Shown: in pieces, positions 58,938 to 64,000 of the stretch
How the letters are laid out: the number at the start of each line of letters is the position of its first letter
Numbering within the stretch: position 1 is the stretch's first letter
DNA from: Hahella sp. CCB-MM4
GTDB lineage: Bacteria > Pseudomonadota > Gammaproteobacteria > Pseudomonadales > Oleiphilaceae
Length of the DNA stretch: 64,000 nt
Reading direction: 5' to 3'
Assembly: GCF_002260525.1 (NCBI RefSeq)
Contig: NZ_MRYI01000012.1
Location: 117,395-181,394, forward strand
The notes under the pieces: generated by a model
Database searches by the model: none
What the model was told of the DNA's origin: nothing
What the model saw: only the letters and a program-made list of their open reading frames with translations
Made by a program: the position numbers and the translations under genes

Positions 58938-61403
58938 ATGCTGTTCAGTAATCGCATTGAAAGTACCCCTCGCATTCTGCTTGTTGACGATGAACCTTCA
59001 AATTTGATGCTGTTGGAGGAAGCGCTCAGTGAACTAGGCTCCATATACTGTGCCCGTAATGGTAGTGAAGCCATTACCATGGCCAAGGAGCTGTCTCCGG
59101 ATATCGTCTTATTGGACATCGACATGCCTGACATGAGCGGATTTGAGGTATGTCAGCAATTAAAGAACGATTCCCGCACCGTTAATATTTCCATTATCTT
59201 TGTCACCTCTTATCAGGGCGATGAGGTTGAAGCGGCTTCTCTCGAAAATGGGGGAGTCGATTTCATCACCAAGCCGGTCAACTTCAATACGTGCCGCCTG
59301 CGAGTCAAAAACCAGTTATTGATACAACAGCATGCCAAGTCACTGAATCAGGCCAAGGAAGAATTGCAGCGGCTGGTGACTCAGGTCCCTGTGCAAATTA
59401 CCTACTGGGGAGCCGATTGGAAGAATCAGTTCAGCAATGATTACAAGGGATCCTGGTTTGGTGTCCCGTCTGCGAAAATGGCCGGAAAGCATATTGCTGA
59501 GGCATTCCCCGAGTCCCTCAGCGAAGTGATTCTCAGCTTTATGCAAAAATCTGATGCCGAGTCAGAACAGTTTCAAGGTTCATACGTCAGAGAAGGGCAA
59601 TCCACAAAGTTTGTTCAAATCAGTGTGTCTAAAAGTATTCAAGACGATGAGGTGATCGGCTATCTGCTGACAATGGTGGATATCACTTCCATCAAGTTGA
59701 CAAAAGCAGCTCTCTACAATGAAAAGGAGCGTCTCAGAATTACGCTTAATTCTATTGGGGACGCCGTGATTGCGACTGACACACAGGGAATTATCACATT
59801 TATCAATCCGATTGCTGAGAGGATGACCGGCTGGCATTCAAGAGATGCGATTGGCAGGCCGGTGGAAGATGTCATGAATCTGATGGATGCGAATACACAT
59901 CAGATCAGCCTGAATCCGATACGGCTGGCTCTTGATGAAGAACGTATCGTTGGAATGGCCATGAATTGTCAGTTGCTCAGCCAGGCGGGGGATTCATATC
60001 GGGTGGAAGATTCTGCGGCGCCGATCCGCGATAGCGACGGCAGTATCACTGGAGCCATCATCGTTTTCCACGATGTCAGTGAAGCGATTGCCATGTCCGT
60101 CAAGATGAGTCATCTGGCGAACCACGATCAACTGACGGACTTACCCAATCGTATCCTGCTGCATGATCGTCTTGAATACGCCTGCAAGTTGGCAAAATAC
60201 ACCAACAAGAAAGTCGCGACTTTTCTCATTGATATTGACCATTTTAAATATATCAACGACACACTCGGCCACTCTATCGGCGATCAGCTGATTAAGCAGG
60301 TTGCCGGCAGAATCAGCAGAATGATTCACGCGAATTGCACGCTGGCGCGGGTGGGGGGCGATGAGTTTCTGTTGTTGGTGCCCAATTTTGAACACCTGGA
60401 AGACGTGCAGACTGTGGCCAGCAATGTGACGGGGGCAATGCACAAGCCGTTCACTTTGGGAGGCCATGAATACAATGTCTCGGTCAGTGTCGGTGTGAGC
60501 GTTTTCCCTGATGATGCGACAGATCAGGAAACCATCATGCGTCACGCTGACGTCGCCATGTATCGCGCCAAGCAGGAAGGGCGCAATCGATACTGCTTTT
60601 TCTCTGATGAGTTGGAACAACAACTCATGGAACGCCATCATCTGGAAATCCAGTTGCGCGAAATTATCGCTAAGAACCGAATAGAGGTCTTTTTCCAATC
60701 GAAGGTAAGACTGTCTGATGGTGCGGTGGTCGGTGTCGAGGCTCTGGCGCGAATGCCGGCGGAAGGTGGAGGATATATTTCCCCTTTGGAATTTATTCCT
60801 CTGGCAGAAGAAACCAAGCTGATTGTTCCTTTGGGGCAACAGATTCTCTTAAAGGCATGCCGTTATGCTGTGCGCTGGAAAGAGATCGGTAAAGAAATAC
60901 CGGTATCTGTGAATGTGGCTTCCGCACAGTTTGCTGAAAGCAACTTTGTTGAAACGGTCGAGAACGCGCTGAAGGAATCGACACTCGCCCCTCATCTTCT
61001 GGAGCTGGAAGTCACCGAAACTGCGTTGATGGATGATACCGAGAAAGCGCAGAGCACTCTGGCAATTCTCAGTGATCGAGGTATAAAAGTGGCGCTGGAT
61101 GACTTTGGAACCGGGTATTCCAGTTTGTCTTACCTGAAGAAATTCAGAATGGATGTTCTGAAGATCGATCAGTCTTTTGTGCGGGACATGCTAACGGATA
61201 ATAACGACTACGATATCGTGAAGACCATTGTCTCTCTGGCCAGTTCGATGGACCTGGAACTGGTTGCCGAAGGCGTTGAGACAGAAGGTCATGTGAAAGC
61301 GCTGATGGCTCTGGGGTGCCCTGTTGGCCAGGGCTACCTGTTCAGCAAACCAATACCGGCGGATGAATTTGAGAAGTATCTTCTGGATACTCCCAATTCC
61401 TAG
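58938..61403 (+). CDS. REC-PAS-GGDEF-EAL protein (c-di-GMP turnover response regulator)
   Basis: REC (LLVDDEPSN...DIVLLD), PAS, GGDEF with a degenerate GGDEF (RVGGDEFLL), EAL (EALAR...DDFGTGYSS). Confidence 0.9.
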   Translation: MLFSNRIESTPRILLVDDEPSNLMLLEEALSELGSIYCARNGSEAITMAKELSPDIVLLDIDMPDMSGFEVCQQLKNDSRTVNISIIFVTSYQGDEVEAASLENGGVDFITKPVNFNTCRLRVKNQLLIQQHAKSLNQAKEELQRLVTQVPVQITYWGADWKNQFSNDYKGSWFGVPSAKMAGKHIAEAFPESLSEVILSFMQKSDAESEQFQGSYVREGQSTKFVQISVSKSIQDDEVIGYLLTMVDITSIKLTKAALYNEKERLRITLNSIGDAVIATDTQGIITFINPIAERMTGWHSRDAIGRPVEDVMNLMDANTHQISLNPIRLALDEERIVGMAMNCQLLSQAGDSYRVEDSAAPIRDSDGSITGAIIVFHDVSEAIAMSVKMSHLANHDQLTDLPNRILLHDRLEYACKLAKYTNKKVATFLIDIDHFKYINDTLGHSIGDQLIKQVAGRISRMIHANCTLARVGGDEFLLLVPNFEHLEDVQTVASNVTGAMHKPFTLGGHEYNVSVSVGVSVFPDDATDQETIMRHADVAMYRAKQEGRNRYCFFSDELEQQLMERHHLEIQLREIIAKNRIEVFFQSKVRLSDGAVVGVEALARMPAEGGGYISPLEFIPLAEETKLIVPLGQQILLKACRYAVRWKEIGKEIPVSVNVASAQFAESNFVETVENALKESTLAPHLLELEVTETALMDDTEKAQSTLAILSDRGIKVALDDFGTGYSSLSYLKKFRMDVLKIDQSFVRDMLTDNNDYDIVKTIVSLASSMDLELVAEGVETEGHVKALMALGCPVGQGYLFSKPIPADEFEKYLLDTPNS

Positions 61404-62074
61404 TGCGAGCCCGCCCTGACCGCTGAAAAACTCTGTATTAAGCGATTCAACTCCCTCATGTCGTCAAACGTTGCCGCGGCACCTGCAGCGATCTGGTGTT
61501 CAGCAATCATATCTGCGCTGTAGGCGAAGACGGTCATTCCGGCGGCGGTCGCTGCTTTGATGCCGGCGGGGGAATCCTCAACCACCGCACACATTGACGC
61601 AGGAACTCCCAGCAGCTCAGCTGTATAAAGGTAAATATCCGGCGCGGGTTTAGGACGTTCAACATCCTCCACACAAACATAATGGTGAAAGTATTGATTG
61701 AGCCCGGTCTGTTCCAGCTTGTACATCAACTCCCTGCGCATTGCGTTAGTGGCGGTTGCTTTCGGCAGGGTGAGGGCGTCCAGGGCTTCCTGGATATAGG
61801 GAATCATCGGCATTCCCTGTGATACCTCTTCCAAAAAACCTTGCCGCAGGTTGTCGTGGAATCCGTCAGGAAGCGGAGCGCCCAAAAGTTTGCTGGCAGT
61901 AACTAGGTTGGCGGCAGTTGTATGACCGGTAAAGTGAAAATGCAGTTCCTGGTCGTCCAGGTGCAGGTCCAACCCGGCCAGCATGCGTTTCCATACCCGG
62001 TTGGCCAGGCGTTCGGTATCAACGAGAACACCATCGCAGTCAAAAATGACAGCTTCAAAAGGATATTGCGACAT
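61400..62074 (-). CDS. HAD family hydrolase (HAD-IA phosphatase)
   Basis: DxD motif FDCDGVLVDTE; C-terminal hhhhDS/GxxD motifs. Confidence 0.8.
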   Translation of the reverse strand: MSQYPFEAVIFDCDGVLVDTERLANRVWKRMLAGLDLHLDDQELHFHFTGHTTAANLVTASKLLGAPLPDGFHDNLRQGFLEEVSQGMPMIPYIQEALDALTLPKATATNAMRRELMYKLEQTGLNQYFHHYVCVEDVERPKPAPDIYLYTAELLGVPASMCAVVEDSPAGIKAATAAGMTVFAYSADMIAEHQIAAGAAATFDDMRELNRLIQSFSAVRAGSH

Positions 62075-62236
62075 GGTGAAACCTTCTCTGGTGAATAGCT
62101 TTCTTTGGTAAACAACTTTCTTTGCTAAACAACTTATCTGGGATAAATTGAAAAGCAGAGGGCCTGATATAGGCTCCGATAAGCAGGCTATTGTACACGG
62201 ACTTGCGTGGGAGTGATGGGGTGTTCGCCTAAAGAG

Positions 62237-62935
62237 TTAGAGGGCATTAACACTGTGGAATCTTCCATACTGAAGAAAATTCAGAACTTCGTTGATAACT
62301 TTTGGATGGTTCATTATCAGGGGGTGGGTTACCGGAAGCGTCATATGCTCCTTCATGCCAGACAATTTTGTGCTGGCCACGGTGACCTTGCCGTCGTTTT
62401 CGCCCGGTAAAAGCGTGGAAAGTAAAAAATTTATGCTCCTGTTTCCTGCGATGATGGCTGTTTCATAAGACACTCCCGGCAAACAGTTCGGAATGCTTTC
62501 TGCTTGGGTTCCAAGCTGCTGGCCGGCCGGGCCATTGATGTATTTAAACGCAGGCATCCATCCGAGCTTATCCACCACCTGACTTCCCTGATTGGGTGGT
62601 GCGAGCATGACAACTCTTCCTACATTCTGCAGTGGGTGATGGTGCAGATACTGCCTGACAAGGATGCCTCCCATAGAGTGGGTGACAAAGTGAATGCGTG
62701 AGCAGTCCCGGCACTGGGAAACCGCGTGACCAACATAGGTTTCGGCAAGTTCCGGAATGGGAAAATGCCTTGATGGGTAACCCTGATTAAGGACAATGTA
62801 GCCGCTTTGGCTCAGTGCATTTTCAAGCTTTCTCATCGAACGCGGTGTTCTGGCAAGACCGTGTAATAGAATCACGGCTTCTCTTAGTGGCAGGCTATGG
62901 GGGATACGGTTCTTGTCGATCACAGGTTTTCCCAT
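62237..62935 (-). CDS. alpha/beta-fold hydrolase (esterase/lipase-like)
   Basis: HGL oxyanion region; GHSMGG nucleophile elbow. Confidence 0.75.
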   Translation of the reverse strand: MGKPVIDKNRIPHSLPLREAVILLHGLARTPRSMRKLENALSQSGYIVLNQGYPSRHFPIPELAETYVGHAVSQCRDCSRIHFVTHSMGGILVRQYLHHHPLQNVGRVVMLAPPNQGSQVVDKLGWMPAFKYINGPAGQQLGTQAESIPNCLPGVSYETAIIAGNRSINFLLSTLLPGENDGKVTVASTKLSGMKEHMTLPVTHPLIMNHPKVINEVLNFLQYGRFHSVNAL

Positions 62936-62971
62936 TTTGTAGAATTGTTAAGACGAAGTCTCTTGCAATCA

Positions 62972-63000
62972 GGGGGCTGAGGAGCCCCCGTATTTTCTTT
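62972..63000. terminator. GC-rich hairpin GGGGGCT-gagg-AGCCCCC followed by GTATTTTCTTTATT on the + strand; lies between two minus-strand genes
   Basis: read from the sequence. Confidence 0.4.
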
Positions 63001-63005
63001 ATTGA

Positions 63006-63848
63006 TTAGCGATCCCCAAAGACGGTCGTCCAGTAGTGGGGGTAGTCAGCTTGCGATGTGCTGATTTTCTCAGCACCGATTTCGGTATAGCCGGATCTCA
63101 TAATGTTGGAACAGTGTCCCGGGCTTTTGAGCCATCCTTCCATCACCTGCTGCACGGACGAATATCCGGCGGCGATATTTTCTCCTACCAGGCGATAGTT
63201 GTAGCCCTGTGCTCGAACACGGTCGCTCACCTGGGAACCATCTGAACCGGTATGACTGAAGAAGTTGTTATCCACCATATCCTGGGTATGCTTGGTCGCA
63301 GCGGCTCCCAATTTACAATTCCAAGTTAAGGCCGGAGCGGCTTCGTAATAGGTTCCGCCACAGCTTCGCCCCTGGCTACGGGCGTTATTATGTGCAGTAA
63401 GCAACTCCTTCTGGACATCGGATAGGGTGCAGTCACCGGGTGGATCTCCGCCATCATCGTCGTCTGTCACATAAGTTGCTTTAAGCTGCATGCCCCCGTA
63501 GTCGTCATAGCCGCGTAGCATGATGTGGTATTTCCCTGCCTTGGGAGGCTTGAAGGTACAGGTTTCCTGGTTGCCCCATTCATAAGGGCGACAATCAAAT
63601 ACGCTGGTATTGGGAGTACGGTTGTAGGCCACATAGAGATCCGCGTCTCCAGAGCCACCTGAAATCTGCACTACCAGACTGATAGATTTATCCGGAACCT
63701 CAATGTAGTAAAACGTTTCGCTTCCTCTGGAGCCGGAAAGATCCTCAAGTGGAACGCCGTTTTCTAATGGAGTATCAGCCTGTGCCTGAAAAGACATGCT
63801 GAGTGAGAGAGTGGTGATGGTCATAAACAGCCATGGATAGTGGTTCAT
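63006..63848 (-). CDS. secreted CAP/SCP/PR1-like domain protein with an N-terminal pre-peptidase C-terminal (PPC) domain
   Basis: signal peptide; PPC-like region (GDADLYV...); CAP motifs HNNARS..., GHCSNIM, HYWTTVFG. Confidence 0.7.
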   Translation of the reverse strand: MNHYPWLFMTITTLSLSMSFQAQADTPLENGVPLEDLSGSRGSETFYYIEVPDKSISLVVQISGGSGDADLYVAYNRTPNTSVFDCRPYEWGNQETCTFKPPKAGKYHIMLRGYDDYGGMQLKATYVTDDDDGGDPPGDCTLSDVQKELLTAHNNARSQGRSCGGTYYEAAPALTWNCKLGAAATKHTQDMVDNNFFSHTGSDGSQVSDRVRAQGYNYRLVGENIAAGYSSVQQVMEGWLKSPGHCSNIMRSGYTEIGAEKISTSQADYPHYWTTVFGDR

Positions 63849-63940
63849 ATGCTAAATCCTTTTTTGCTCGTGACACTCATGTTGGTGGTTTGTAACCACT
63901 CACCATCATTGTAATTCAAATAATAAAAGGATTCGAAAAT

Positions 63941-64000
63941 GACAAAAGTTATCTATTGGAATGGAAAAAGCTATCTATTGGAATGACAAAAGCTATCTAC
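63941..64000. repeat. at least 3 x 22-bp direct repeats (GACAAAAGYTATCTATTGGAAT) upstream of the CAP gene, truncated by the window end
   Basis: read from the sequence. Confidence 0.7.

Overview
This 64-kb window is a gammaproteobacterial chromosomal segment. Its core synteny resembles Pseudomonas/Oceanospirillales: tRNA-Phe, then yggX-mutY, a hisBHAF block, yibQ-ctpA-envC-gpmI, rhodanese-grxC-secB, yaeQ, prs, an AI-2E transporter, an Omp85-type outer-membrane protein and a Cache-MCP. Further on it holds a gcvH-gcvP-glyA-sdaA-gcvT one-carbon cluster with a divergent LysR regulator, then pbpG, arfB, yebG, an EF-G paralog and plsC. It ends with a c-di-GMP signalling cluster: a hybrid histidine kinase with Hpt, a REC-GGDEF protein and a REC-PAS-GGDEF-EAL protein. 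The most unusual content is an ~11-kb, eight-gene minus-strand cluster at 24362..35518. It encodes a DUF2170/YjfI-like protein with a basic N-terminal extension, a PspA/IM30 (ESCRT-III superfamily) protein, a small TerB-like protein, an NfeD/YqiJ-like membrane protein, a YqiK-type flotillin, a ~1780-aa soluble protein with an embedded MoxR/AAA_5-type AAA+ ATPase module, a rhomboid protease and a double zinc-ribbon protein. A perfect 13-bp inverted repeat lies directly upstream of the first gene. I interpret this as a candidate undescribed membrane-remodelling or membrane-stress module; this is inference, not database evidence. A second recurring oddity is that many intergenic regions carry their own locus-specific degenerate tandem direct repeats, with 14-22-bp units in 3-6 copies. 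One of these is a perfectly phased 6 x 20-bp array in the divergent promoter between the two c-di-GMP genes. The tRNA-Phe locus carries tRNA fragments typical of integration scars. All calls come from reading the translated ORFs and the DNA; no database searches were run.
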